DNA of 64,000 bases from Lepidodermella squamata (GCA_047495785.1 JBLDXI010000024.1:4464001-4528000); one strand, 5' to 3'. Shown: positions 11,501 through 26,500, counted from the first letter of the stretch. Notes: generated by a model from the sequence alone, not told the origin. Program-made: numbers and translations.

Positions 11501-14486
11501 AAGTAGTCAAAAGGCAAAAAGCCACGCCCATCAATGGAGTGAATTTCGCGTGGCATGCGCTCAAAGTTGCAAGGGGTAGCCGGTACAATTTTGAGCACTA
11601 TAAATCTAAGACCTATGCAAAATGATTATAAAACAATGAACAAAGGCAACAAAAATCATTTTCTTTATTGTACCTTGTTGATCAGCCGTTTGTTCGAGTC
11701 CTTGCCTGAATGGCGGCAGCTGCACAGCACCAAACACTTGCATGTGTCCGGCTAATTTTACTGGCTCAACGTGTGCTGCAACAATCTGCTCGCCAGCGTG
11801 CTCCAACGGCGGAACATGTAACGCCCAGTTTACATGCAACTGCAATTCGTACTGGACTGGCTCTCGATGCACGACACGTGAGAAAATTCGAAAATGTGAA
11901 TAAAATTTGAGATGAATTGTTCTATCTTCAGCAACATGTTCGTCTCCTTGTCAAAATGGAGGCACATGCGTAGCTCCAAACAGTTGTTCTTGTCCTGTCG
12001 GTTGGACTGGTAAAACATGTGGCACATTCACGTGCCCAGGAGGCTGCGCCAATGGGGGAACGTGCGCTGGCCCTTCAACCTGTACTTGCACAGCGCAATG
12101 GCAGGGATCTAACTGCACTACTCGTAATCTCTCCTCAGCTATATTTGATAGCATGCCATTGATATCCTTGAAAATTAGCCGTTTGCCCAACACCGTGTCA
12201 AAATGGAGGCACTTGTTCTGCACCTGGCGTTTGTACATGTGCGCCAACGTGGATAGGAGCTAATTGTGAGACGCAAATTGCTAATAGTGAGCGTCCTAAG
12301 ACGTTGATAAACTGCAATCTGTCAAACCTTTCCTATTACAGTTTGTACACAAGATTCAGAGTGCGCGAACGGTGGAACGTGTACGAATGGATTATGCTAC
12401 TGTGTTGCTCCTTATACAGAACCAGATTGTTCATTAACAGGTAGGTTTCATTTCGAGATTGAATGGTTTAATGTGTAATTATTCGATCAACGCTAAGGAA
12501 CCAACGTCTGCTCTTCGAACGGCGTCGATTATCCGCGGTGTTCAAACGGCGGCACCTGCATCACTGTTAGCTCGGCGACACTATGCAGCTGCCCGGTTGG
12601 AGTTAGCGGTAGATATTGCGAAACAGGTATTTCAATTGCATTTCAGTAGCACGTTATGTTGATATGACCTTTTCCCAAATAGTTTTGCCTCGTAAGTGAT
12701 CTGATTTCCTAGTTCAAATCGGGCATAATCAACCTTCGACAGGATGCGAAAATATAGAACTAACAGCAATGCCATGGTGCGGTCTGATTGGCTCGACTGG
12801 GAATGGCTCTAACGCTATGACATCGCTCGGCTGGGCTCCGGTGAACCCCGACAGCAGGCTATTTTTGACTGTGAATTTACCTTACGAGTTCACAATATCA
12901 ACGGTCGAAGTCGGGAAAGGCACCCTTTCTGCTGGATATGTCACTTCTTACGCGATTTCCTTCTACGTGAAGCAGGCTCGGCTAGGGAATTTCTACTATC
13001 CCATCTTAACCGATCAGGACGACTCGTCGTCACCATGGAAGGTTTGCACGTGCGATTTCGGCTGATTAACGTGATTTCTATGTCCATTCAGTTATTTCCT
13101 GGCTACGACGGCGTTAGCCCTGCCACATCCAGGCTGTGTCCAAATATCCGTACTTCAGGACTGCGGCTTTGGCCGAAAAATTACACGAGTCCCAATTTTG
13201 CTATGACAGTTAAAATTTGGATTTGCTTACCCCATACTGGTTGCGTTACGTCAGGCACAGGGCTGTGTGCGTCGAACTGCGTCTGTCCTGTTGGCTACAA
13301 GAGCAGCTACAGTAAAAACTGTGGTAAGAATCAAATGCTTGGTTCTAAAATTTCAAATATGTTAGCATGTTATCAATTTCAGACATATGGAACATGCCAC
13401 CAGTGGATTGCGAGGATATCTTGATGCGAGACCGGACAGCAGCTGATGGCGTTTACACGATCTACCCGCCGGCAATGCCATCAATGCAAGTTTATTGCGA
13501 CATGACAAGTATAGGAGGCGGCTGGACAGTGTTCCAGAAGCGTATCGACGGCTCGGCGGACTTCTACCTGAACTGGGCTGACTACAAAGCTGGTTTCGGC
13601 TATTTAGCTGCTAATTTTTGGCTAGGAAACGACAACATTCGCCGGTTGACTGCGCAGAACTACAATAGCATTCTTGCGCTTTACATGGTTGCTCCTGATG
13701 ACAGCCGAGGCCTCGCTGTTTACAGGGACTTCTACTTAGAGGATGAATCTGACAATTACAGGTTCAGATCTAGCGGATTTTCGGGCGGAAATGCTGGTTT
13801 GTTAAAAGCCCTGACTTCTTCGACCTATTCGATTCTCTTTCAACAGGAGATTCGATGACGTACCACTTTGATACTGTATTCAGCACTAAAGATCGAGATG
13901 GTTCGAACTGGGGTAACTGTTCAGTTACGTTCAAAGGCGGCTGGTGGTAAGTCGTTACAATGCCCGGGCAACTTGGATTGCGCGGTTAAGTTATCTCACA
14001 AAGCATAGTTAGCGGAGTCAATTTTTTGCGGTCCGTTGTCGCAATTCATTCCAAACCTCAAACCCATCTTACTAAAGCTAGGTTCACGGACAATGCGACT
14101 GTCGCGGGTGTGTCGCACGAAAACAGCGACGCGACACACACAGATAGCCACGCATGAAATTTCTGTCGCGCGCGACAAACTGTTGTTGTGGCTCAACTTC
14201 GGGCTCCGTCCGACCCCCAAGCGTCGGTCGCGCAATTGCGGGTAAAAGCGGAATAAAATTATGAAAAATTACAAATAATTTTCTAAACATTTTTGGCCGC
14301 GCGTCAAAGGGCTAATTTACAGCTTCGCGGCGGTTTTCTTTCCGAAATGAAATATACACAATTCTCTATCGAATGAATATAGGGTTCTCGCGCAAATAAA
14401 TAAAATTAAAGCCCATACACGTAGTAACGAGTCTGAATAAACCTTTGTTTTTTGTGGTTTGCATTTGCTCTTGTGCGGGCGGGCGG

Positions 14487-14525
<39 letters not shown>

Positions 14526-17500
14526 GCCTACTTGCCTCCAACTTGTCGCGTTTTCGCGATGTCGCGCCCAAAACAGACGATTTTCCCCCTCGCGACAGGA
14601 CAAGCGACAAAATCCATTGTTCTTTCTGTCGCTCGCTGTTACGCAACGGCCGTCCAGCCCTATTGTTCGCGCGCCTGTCGCGTCGTTGAGTCTGTGAACA
14701 CCCTTGCGCGCAACACTGATGCGACACCCTTGACACGCGCGACACCACCGAGTCCGTGAACCGTGAACCCAGCTTAAGACAATCGTGCACTATGGGAACT
14801 TTCGATGTACGAATTGGACGACACTAATGTCCTGTAGACCTCAAATAACGAATTTCCAAAAAATAGATCCACTCAAAGAAGCAAAGCATCCAAGTTACCC
14901 AACGAAACATTGGAATATAATTTCTGGTGACAAACGTATTTGTAATTGCTGTCAGCGTACGCTCTCTTTTACATGCGTTTTTCTTTTACCTGATAAATTA
15001 TTCTGTCTTCATGTTTTAGGTAGAGTCTCGGAATTGAAGACATGATAGAAATCTTTGTAGAATCTTGGCTTTCTCATTAATTCTATGCTAAAATTAATTA
15101 ATTCATAAATCTGCGGCTTCAAGGCGACGTTATGTAACGCAGACCATCGATATAACGGTATCACTCTCTCTCGTCTTCTCAGCTCGTCTTCTCAGCCAAA
15201 AACAGGAGCCGAGACGAACACTTCTTAAAAATATTAACTAAAGCATGGTCAGGCCGAGCTAGGGGAGATAATAGCCTCCTTGAAAATCGGTTTCAATTGG
15301 TAGCTATCTATAAACTTACTTCATTTTTACAGGTACAACGCTTGCCACAGTGTCAACCTGAATGGGTAAATGAGGATTGAGATTCAAGGGTTCATGAAAA
15401 TTATATGGGTGTATCGAACAGGCTATATGGCGCCACAGCCTGGGCCCAAATGTTAATTTACAACAGCTTCAAGGGTGACTACGTTGGCATGACGGCGACG
15501 AGAATGATGCTTCGAAGGAACAAACCGCAGGATGTTATGCCGGGTTAGTATGTGAACTTCAACAAATTACTTAGTTTATGCAGTTCGGTTTGCAGCTAAC
15601 ATTTTCCCCAAACCCCTGGATTGCGCAGACATTCTTGCAAGCAATCCTCACGCGCGCAGTGGTGTCTACCAAATATATCCGATTGGATCCACTGGTCCGG
15701 TATCTATTTTCTGTGAAATGGTAGCTCATAGTGGTGGTTTTACGGTGATCCATCGTAACAAAAACGATGGTTTAGACTTCAATAAAACATGGGCAGACTA
15801 CGAAGCTGGGTTCGGGAACCTTAATGGCTCACATTACATCGGCAATTCGATCATCTATCAACTCACGAATGCGGCTGTAACTGGACTTAATTATATGCTA
15901 ATCATTGTTTTGGAAGACACCACTGGGAACCAGCGATCAGCTGTTTATACTGGATTTTCGCTGTTGGACACAACGGACTACACGCTGTCGATTTCTGCAA
16001 TGAATTTGGATGATCAGGGCGACTCCATGGCGAGTTCGAATAGCCAACCTTTCCAGACCTACGACCAACCAAAAGGCCGCTCCTGTGCCACGAAACGACC
16101 TGGGGCGTGGTGGTTCAAAGTGCCAACAAACGCAGACCCAGTCAACCCCGATTGTTCAGACGCTAACATGAATGGAATCGTCGGTATTAACTCGTGGGAG
16201 AGGGGCTTGTTTTGGAGCACTTGGACGGGCAGAAATACCTCTCTAGCCTCAAGCCTCATGATGATAAAATCAAGTAATACTTTATTTTGTGCAATTCAAT
16301 TTCTAATGACCGATGTGTTCAAGCGACCTCCAAACCTGCGGACTGCGTGGAAATATATTACGGCAGTTCTAACACCACCGATGTATTTTGGATTTTTCAT
16401 CCGTCAGTTGGGCCACTACAAGTTATCTGTGATCCGCTGAGCTATGCGACAGGACGCAGAGGATGGACCGTTAGTTTAACTTCGAAAGCTAATTTTCGGA
16501 TTCTCAATTTCAGATAAGAACAGCATATTATCATGTATTACATCGAAGAGCTACCAAAAATTGAAAATTTAGCCTAACACGCTGCCCTGGCGAGAATTGC
16601 ATTGCTACAGCGATGCATTAGGACTGTTTTCAAGGCTCATTATGGAATCCACATTTTTGCAAGCGGAGTCACCCATTCGATTTGAATTTTTGTTTCTTCG
16701 AGGTAAAACGATGGGTGGACGGTAAAAGGTACCCTTTTCCCGGACGGGCGACGGATCAAGCGATGATACCGTCATTTGGGGTAATCTGGGTCATTGGGGC
16801 TATTCGGACGAATGTTCATGAAAACGGGAGAATGAGCATAGCTTAAAAACTACCCGGCCGTTAGCAATGAAATTTTGCACGGAGTTAGGTAGAAAGACGA
16901 CCCACATGCCATAAAAATTTCATGACCTGGGAGTAAGTGGTTGTGAAGATATGGGCTTACCTTTCAGGTGTAAGTTTAACTCAGTTTAATCACTGTTCTG
17001 CGTTGAATTACCTGGACCCGAAGAGAATTTTGCTGGACCTGCGCCCAATTTTTCCTGAATCTACAGACGCTAGGGCACCCATGAAAATTAAAAACGCCCC
17101 GTTCCGACTCATACTTTTGCCTAATTAATTGCGTCCTTTTAGCCCCACGAAAAAATGATGTTGTGGGGCTATTCGGTGTATCATTTTGAATATGCTAATG
17201 AGCTGCATTGTTCAAAAGTTCCTCGCTGATTAAAGTGGTCTTTGAATTCATTAGCTTTTTAAACTTTTGAATAAACTGCTGGAAGGGCTGCAAAAGACTA
17301 ATTTTACGTGCAATACGACAAGTCCATTGATTAATTAATTAAATAATTCAACTAAAAATCAGTGTTTTAGTTTGCTCAAATTCTTGGGCATAAAAATAAT
17401 AATAATAAAAATTTTGCGGAAAAAAATTGCTCCGCGGCGTGGACTCGAACGCTCGTTTCGTACTTTGCTATGCTTTCTAGAAGCACATCCAAAGCCACTT

Positions 17501-20500
17501 GACCACTGAACACAGCATATTAGTAATATTTGAATTGAGTATTTATGTATCATTAATAGCCCCACACGTGTCCGAATAGCCCCATCTGTGGGGCTATTCG
17601 GAATCCTGGTTCCATTGGAATCAGGACCTTCTGAAACGTGTAAAAATGCAAAAAAATCAGGGGGTAATTTTTTTTCGCCGTCCGGATAGCCCCAACTGAC
17701 GGTATCATCATGTGTGCCGAATGCGGGACCCAACCACCAAACCAACCAACCCTTGTCTCCACCCGGCAACCGACCCTATCCCCGTTGGATCCCAACCCTT
17801 TCTTAACATATCTCCCAGCTTTCTCGTAGAAGGAAACTAGGATTTCCCTAGTAGAAATCCCAGTGACCACCCGACCGTCTTGATTTCCACGCGCTCAGGG
17901 TATTCCTCGAGGATGCAGTTTGCTAGCTACTTCAATTGAGGCAACGTAGTCATTTAGGTCTAACATAGCTTGCTTGCTACGATATCTCTCATTGTGTATG
18001 AAATTTCAGCATGATACTTTGGAATCAGTCAGCAATTAGACACTAATGTCTGGCTCATGACCGACTAAGCCTGATTTATTGCCACGGGAATTGGTGATCG
18101 ATACTACATCATATTGGGGAATATTGAAAGTAAACATTTAAAACGTTCAAAATCGGGTTACAGTTGACCTTCAGGGCTACAAGTTGAGCAATCCTTGATC
18201 CGCTATTTTGATTACGAAATTCACAGTCCAGACTGTAGCATAGCGAGGGTCTTGAGCGATTGACCCAATTTTTCTGTTTTCTGTAGCAAACGACGGAATT
18301 TATCTCGGGTATCGCACTAAGGATCGGAGCATGACAAATGCGAAATAAATTTGAATGATAATGTCAAACAGGTTATCCAGCAACAGACTTTCAATACGAC
18401 AGCATTCACCAGAACCTGGCAAGATTACAAAAGTGGTTTTACTGCTCCGCCGTTCGCATTGACAAAGGATTTTTGGATCGGTTAGTCTCTGTGTCCATTT
18501 TTGCCTTTTCAACATCGTGTTCAAACCTTTCAAAGGTAACGAGATTCTGTACAAACTGACTAAAGATAATGCCTATCAGCTGGTGATCATAATTATCTTG
18601 CAAAATACTACAGAACTTCGGGCATTTTACGACGATTTCCAAGTGGGAAGTGAGGAGGATGGTTATAGACTATTCATCAATAATTACCAAGGCACTGCTG
18701 GTGATATGCTGTCGGCCAAGCACAACTATCAGCAATTTTCGACATCTGATCGCGGCCCTGCATCCGGGTGTTTCAATTCGTATGGATTCACAGGAGGCTG
18801 GTGGTTCCCGAGTAATTGCGAATTTGATTCGAACTTGAATAACAAAATGTCATCGAGCGCTGTCAATGCGACTTTAAAATGGGGCATCTTAGCTGTTAAT
18901 TCCATCAGAATGATGATTCAACGCAAAGCCTGGCGTAAGAGCCTTGAGATTTCTCTTTAATCTACACTAGAACCCTCTACTATAGCTAATCTCAAGAATG
19001 TTGCTAATGCCACAACGATCAATTTAAATTCTGCCGACTATGGAGTGGCAAGGTACGAGTGCAACAGAAAGTATTACCGGGTTGTTGGTAGCGAAGAGAG
19101 AGTACAAATTGCTGGTCCGTGGGTATATTCTGGGAATCCACTCTCGTGTAATCGTAAGTTGATCTCACATTTTTAACTCTTTGGATTTTGTGTTTACCAT
19201 GCAGCTCGACCACTGCCATACGACTGCAGTTCTATCCAGGATTACAACTCAGCAATGGGTTTTACTAGTGAATCTGGCGTATTCACATTGAATGAGACAA
19301 CAGTCGGCAGCTTTGCAGCGTATTGCGATCAGGATACAATGGGCGGTGGCTGGACAGTGATCCAACGACGCGTCGATGGCAATCAGAGTTTTGCCCAAGA
19401 CTTGGCTACTTACGAAACAGGATTTGGCAATCCATCGGCTAATTATTGGCTTGGAAACGCTAAAATTAGAGCCATGACACAGGCTGGCGACTACGAACTG
19501 CTGGTTCAGGTCGGAATGGCCAACACATGGGGCTACGCACTGTATAGCAGCTTCTACCTCACGGGAGCTAATAGCAGACTGGGTATTGCAGGTTACAGCG
19601 CTGTTTCAAAAATAGGAGACTCACTCACGCCTCTGCGGGGTAATCCTTTTATATTGGACACCTGTGGGTTGGGTGGTTGGTGGATAACTTCGCCGTGCAA
19701 CCTAACTACTATTCAAAGCAATTTGAACAACCTGTATGGCATTCAGGCTCAAGGATACATGAATATCCTCTGGCAGACTTTCACCACACCAGCTACGACA
19801 TCATTAGCTCGTACGGAGATGAAGATACGGCGAATCGTGCCGAGTGGGAAATACATCAAAGCCCCGAACTACCAATGCAGTAGTGGCGGATCATCGACAA
19901 CTTTGACTAACATATCCAGTCCCGAGCTTTGCAAGACTAAATGCACGACCTACACTACATTCATTTGCGTTCTTTTCGTTTACAACAGCAATACTAAAGC
20001 TTGTAGTCTATCTGACTCTATCTGCTTGAATGGCGAAGGAGCTGTCAGCAGCACGGCAGATACTTACTATCGAAATGAGCTTCTTAGCCATGTCACGACT
20101 GACTGCGGTCCTCCTCCTGGGATGATGAACACGCTGATGGAGATTGTTGGAATGCCAACTGACATGTCTGTGAATTACACGTGTAAATATATTCCTTATT
20201 ACAAAAATACGCTGGCTGCCCAAGACTGGTCTGTACTAACTTGCAATCAGACCACAGGACGCTGGACAGGCAACGCCCTTGACTGCCGTGGGGTATGCGG
20301 CTTGCTGCCAGATACCACCGGGTCGAATTCACACATCGCCTCTGTTACAAACAATGCTGGCACTTTTACCATATTATACGAATGCGATGAAAACTTCGAG
20401 TTGGGTTCAGGAGATCTCACCAAACTCTGCGCTTCTCCATATAGCTCCTTGACTGGTGCCAAGCACAGTTGCATCTCGAGTCGCTGCGCAGATCCTCCTG

Positions 20501-23500
20501 TTTTCCCTAACACAACTAATAACTTCACTGTTCCAACAACAGTGGCACCAGAGCTGCGAAACACACAAGGCAGTGTATGGGAATATCGATGTGACACGCC
20601 AGGCTACGTTTTCCATGATACCGGTCTAGCATCCGCAACTTTGACCTGCGATGTGTCCAAGCAGTGGGAAGGAAATGTCGGGATTTGCATACGTATGTTT
20701 TTCACAGCTGACTAGGACCAGGATTTATATGTAGGCACATATTCTAAAAAAGCCATCGTTGACCCAGTTATCAGTTATGACGATTACCGATTGCCGTGCT
20801 CTGGCTCACGCGCGCGCGCACAAGCCAGAGCCCGGCTGCGTTTGATTTCAACTTTTTGCCACTCATTCTTTTTTTATTTAAGTGGAAGCGAATCTTTGCC
20901 AAGTACTTTGCCAAGTAACGCCGCTTATATGTAACTAATTTTAAATGGCTGTGGCATATTGCTATAGAAAAAGGTGTATTTAAATAAATATGTAAGATAT
21001 GTAAATAAATATTAAAATATGTATTTTCCCGGTCAATCCGGGTCATGCAACTGATAAACATAGTATTCGCATTGAAGATTAGGGCAACGCGAATATGCGG
21101 TTTTTATCTGATTGTCTGTTAAACTTAATCATTTTTATTATTTTCGCGCCCAGCCGATTGCTCTCCTATCGGTGGTTGTCAAAACGATGGAAATTGCTAC
21201 TCACCGAACCTATGCGAATGTTTCGATGGTTGGTTAGGTGCCAATTGCTCTATAGGTAAGTTTTCAGCAACTCAAATATTGCCAATGCTAGCAATGCGTT
21301 TCATCAAGCTAATTGTTCATCACTTTCCAACTGCCACTCGCATGGATTTTGTGGACAACCTGGCATCTGTACGTGTGTTCCGGGCTGGTCAGGGCCTGAT
21401 TGCTCCAACCGTAAGTTCTGTGTATGTTTGCCGACAAATTAATTTGAAAGGGTATTTCTAGCGGAATGTTCTGCCATCGGTGGCTGCTTAAATGGCGGAA
21501 TTTGCAGTGCTCCCGGAAATTGTACATGTTTGAATGGATGGACAAACGACAATTGCACGACTCGTAAAAAAAGCACCAATTGAAAGAATGCCGTTGATTA
21601 ACATATAATTTGTACTGATTAGCGGACTGCTCTTCGATTGGTGGCTGTTTGAACAACGGCACTTGTTCAGCGCCTAATAACTGCTTATGCACAAGCGAAT
21701 GGCGTGGACAAAGATGCGAAATTCCATACGATGATTGCTCTAGCCTCGGATCATGCTACAATGGAGGCACATGCACTGGGATAGAACTATGTAGTTGCCC
21801 ATCAGGTTGGAATGGCACGAACTGCGTTTTTCGTAAGCTTGATTCTCATCCAAACATTACGCAGAAAGATAATAATTTCTGTGTAGCATCCTGTTCAAGC
21901 ATCGGGGAGTGCAAAAACGGAGGAATTTGTGCACAGCCCAATCTTTGCACCTGCACTGAACGTTGGACTAACAAAGACTGTTCCAAGAAGAATACCGAAA
22001 CCCACTCAGCTGTTTCCATCTCTTTCATAGGAGAAATGATACCACAGACTCTGATAGCAGCAGTGACTCCTTTCAGTGCGGTTGTCATTGAGGCTTCAAT
22101 GCGCATCAGCTCCTCAGAGAACACAACAGCTGTAACTGTGTCGTCAACTGCCTTCATTGCAGAATTGGCTCCTGTTATGACAAAATACGCTCAGCTCGCG
22201 AGTCAGATGGCCCCGGAAGTTGTAGCCAATATTACAGCGGCTTTCGCTATAGCGGCTAGTTCTGTCATGTACGCCTTATCTGAATCGGTAATTATCAGAG
22301 AGGAAACGACATCGAGCTTACTATCGCTGAATCCTAACGACATAAGGATATCATGCAATAACGATCCGACGACGTCAAGTCCTAAAACTGAGCTGTCAAC
22401 TGAAGACGTATATTTTGCTAGTATGAACAACAGGAATGAATTGCAAGTTGCATTTTACAGGCTTCAAAGATCTTCAGGAATTTCAACCAAATGATTGACG
22501 CCATGCTAAAGATGGTGGAGGCGAATCTTAAAACGGGCAAGAACTTCACATTCAATGGCAACTTTTTTTCAGTTATTCTAACTGTCATCGATGCAATGAA
22601 GCTGCCAAATTTGAAGTTAGAGACCGCCCACGCAACTGTGGTTTTTCCCAATACAGAGCCGGCTGAATTCATAGATTCTATAGCTTCGGGCACCTCCATA
22701 AAAGATTCAGATACTGTGACTGTTGCTATCACAGCCTACATCGTTAACGTCCTCGACCCAAAACAGCCATTCAACATGCCTACCATTTCTGTCAAGGTTC
22801 TCTATCAGAAGAAAGAGCTTATTCTCAGAAAAGGCTATCCGACGAAAATAACTGGCAACCCAAACGTCCCACGAGCAGCATTGCTAGCCTCGCAGAAATC
22901 CGAGTTTCAATGCGAAGTCAGCAAGATTAAATGCGACCTGACTACGAATGCGGATACACTTGGATCACTGGCCGTTTTTTCTGTTTCACCGGATTCTGGA
23001 GATTTTGTGCGGATATTCCCGGTCGTCAAATACAACTACACGGCCTATCTATCCCTGAATAGCGCTCCTACTGTTAGGAGCTATACCTGGTCTGTCAATG
23101 TTACCCAAACAAGTGTCTGCATGAGTGTTAATTCCAACCTCGGAGAGCTCAAGTCAAGCTACAATACAGATGTCGAGTTGAGAATATTGATCCCTCAATC
23201 AGCATTGCAGGATTTCGTTGAGATGCAAGGATTGTCAGCGAGTGAAAATGTATCATTCAAAATGCAAGTTTATACAAAGAAAGACTTCTCGAGCTTTTCG
23301 TCGTTGGACGACCTGCCAGCCGATGCATGCGAACTACAACGATGCTACGGTTATCATCTCAAAGTTGGATTCGCCAAGGCACGAAACACGAATTCAAGGA
23401 AAAGACGCGATGCATCACAGCAGAGCTCTGATGAGGATTTTGAACTTGATCCCAGTTCCACCGAATCAGCAGTTACATTCAGATCATCATATTTCGGCGA

Positions 23501-26500
23501 TTTTGGAGCAGATCTTCTGATCTCACCAAGCACTATTGAATTCTCGGACATCTTCGCCAATTTCGCTTTGCTTGTCTCGGACAACGCATTCGTTCTCGCG
23601 TTCCAAGTAGCCGCTGTAATGTTCTTTATAATTGGAGTTATTGTCGTATGGCGATTCGACAAACTGGACATTAAGGAGTGGGCCTTCATGCCTCTGAAGA
23701 GCAATAAGCCATACGAGACGCACAAATATCTCGTTTCCGTCGATCATTTCGGCGTTAAAAATCATCATCTGACGCCTGTGGTCCTACTTCGAGCTTACGG
23801 TGACATCAGCGATACTAACTGGCGGGTCCTCGAAGATTGCGAAAGGGAAACGAATTTCGACGGAAGAAGACCGGCCAATTTCATGATGACCACAACCTTA
23901 CCAATTGGCCACATCGAGGCAATTGAAATTCGACTGCACAGCCGATTCAGAGCGCCACATGGCAGCAAGCCGCTTCAGATGCAAATAGACAAAGTTGTCA
24001 TGGTCGACATTGAGAAGGAACAGAAGTTTGTTTTCTTGACCAAAGCTCTCATGAAAAGTGGAGAGATGAAGTTCAAAGAGCTCGCAACGGAAGATGAGAT
24101 CAAAGGCTTCAAGTACTTGGTCAGCGCTCATTCTCGAGTTGGCTTATTCAGCTCTCACCCGTGGCTATCGATCGGGAGACGCCCCCTCCCAAGTAACTGG
24201 ACCAGATGCGAACGGCTGGCTTGTGTTGTCAGTGCTCTATTCATGGCCATGCTGGTCAACGCAATGTTTTACGGGAAAGAGAGCAAATCACCCCGAGTCG
24301 GCGTCAATATCGGAGGATTCTTCCGCCTGTCCTGGTTTACAATCTACACGAGCTTCATCGGATGTGTCATCGTCATCCCTCCAACTGCCATAATGGCCTT
24401 CATTTTCAAGCGAATTCGACGTCGATCGGCTGAGAATAGCCAATACACTACAATTTTCAACGTGGCACTGGGATTGAAGCGACGAGATGCCGATAGCAAA
24501 GAAAAGAAGCCTTTTCAGCTTCCGTACTATTGTGCCATCATCGCATGGATTTGTAAGTTTCTCAGCATAGAATTTCATTGCTTGCATTTCGTTTACTCTT
24601 AGTGGTCGCTGGTTGTGTTGGAGCTTCGTCCTTCTTCATCGTCATGTACAGTTTGATGTGGGGCAAAGAGAAATCGTTGCAGTGGCTCAGTGGAATGGTC
24701 ATGAGTGTTGTTCAGGACATAGTTCTCATCCAAACAGTCAAAGTCGCATTGCTGTCTGTCTGCAGTTCAACTTTGCTGTCTCTGCCTGATGACGGCCTTG
24801 ACATTGGCAAGATGGCATTCTCTAAGAAAAGCTCTAACAAGAAGACGGAGCTCTTCAAGCGAATGCGGAACATCATCGGAGGGATTTTCCACCACATCAT
24901 TTACGTCGTCGCATTTGCTATCGTAATCTCAGCGACGCAGAACAGGCTAGCCTATCAACAAATCGGGGACTTGAAGCCATTAGTGGAGATGCCTACTGTA
25001 CCTCAGATGGGTGTGATAAATGACTACAGCCAGATTTATTCGTGGTTGAATTACAACCTTCTGCCGCAGTTTTTCACTGCAAACCAGCTGAGCAAAGGCT
25101 TGAAATTCAATTCGAAAAATATCTATCAAGTGTTAAACCATGATGTGGTAGTTATCGGTCCCGTTCGCTTGCGGCAACAACGAGTCCGATCTGGTAAGTA
25201 AGCCTTAATCAGTGTTTCCTTAACCAGCTTTACTTGAGCATTTTTGAATTTAAACACCAAAACGGCTTGCTGCGTGCCCTGAAATGCATCCCATACACAT
25301 ACAAATTGAAGATCCCAACTGCATTACGACCCTTACATAATTCTAGTTCATCATGGGGAACCTAAAACTGAAAAATATTCCTCCCTTTCTCGCCCTAATT
25401 ATTTGCTGTTTGATAAGATATTTAGAAAACTGATTCGCTAAATCAGTGGACTCTCTGAGAAACCGAATGTTCTGCACTAAAGAGATTACTCAAAAAGCAA
25501 ATGACACTAAAATAAATGGCACATTAACAGTACACCTTGAAACAATAACACCTTAATAGCTGTGCGGTCATCAACGAGCTTTACAACGAGTTAACATTTG
25601 ACCTTTTATATATAGCTATAGATGTAATATTGGCCTGGCCGAAGAAGCCCACCTTAGCATCTTCAATCTTCAATCCCCACTAATAATGTTGGAATAATAT
25701 AAATTGCTGATTTAAACACCACCAAATTTGATGTAAATGCCTCAATCAAGGTCTTGAGGATACTTGAGGACACTTAAACAAACTGAAAGCCAAATGATTC
25801 TCATTATTACCTTAATTTAGCTCCATGTTTCTTGGAGACTTCGGCGATTCCTCAGTATGTCAAGAAATTCACAGATCTTCTCGTGGTCAATTCAACAACG
25901 TGCCAGAATCAATACGTTGGCCAACTTGGAATTGGAGCGGACACCGAAACGAGGCAGTTTTCGAATTTCAATTGGACTTTTACCGCAGATGCAACTGCTT
26001 GGATGCCAGAGAATATAACGACTGAGCAGTCTCCATGGATTCACCGGGAAGACAGCGGAATTCCCTATTCAGGCTGGCAGGCGACCTACACCAGCGGTGG
26101 TTACTACGTCGACCTACCCGTGAATCTCGCGAAAGCTCAAGCATTCGTTGCTGGGCTTCAGTCCAGAAGATGGCTTGACAATGCAACTTCAGTCCTTTTC
26201 GTCGATTTGGTCTTGTTCAATGCTCAGGTCAATTTGTTCATCGCTGTCAAAGTGGTGTTCGAAGCCTTGAGTGCTGGTGGTATGACCTATCACGCAAGAA
26301 TGTATCCTCTTCAGCTCTATCAATACATCGGGGCTAGTTCGATATTTGTTTTCGCGATTCAAGGCATCTGGATCCTGCTCGTCATCTCGCATCTGGTCAA
26401 GATTTTCATCCAGATGAAGAAGCAGGGGTTCAAAAAATTCCGAAAAGATGGTTGGAACCTATTAGAGCTGTGCCAGATATTGATATCCCTGGCCATTGTA

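Larger units (their letters stand above)
13400..19840 (+). other. Four tandem fibrinogen-related domains of paralog B (~13400-15520, ~15615-16270, ~16340-18930, ~19220-19840)
   Basis: Each begins with DC, carries C(D/E)...GG(W/F)TV-like and (W/Y)(L/I)GN motifs, and ends GxWW..C..(A/S)NxN...M(K/M)I. Confidence 0.85.

Noticed and set aside
14406-14790. ORFs with poly-N, poly-I, poly-L and poly-Y tracts
   Set aside because: They are translations of the (ATT)13 microsatellite inside a MITE.
21980-23400. REJ or PKD (Ig-like) repeat modules expected in PKD1 proteins
   Set aside because: No recognisable motifs. Only a short Ala/Ser/Met-rich segment and a GAIN-sized region separate the EGFs from TM1.
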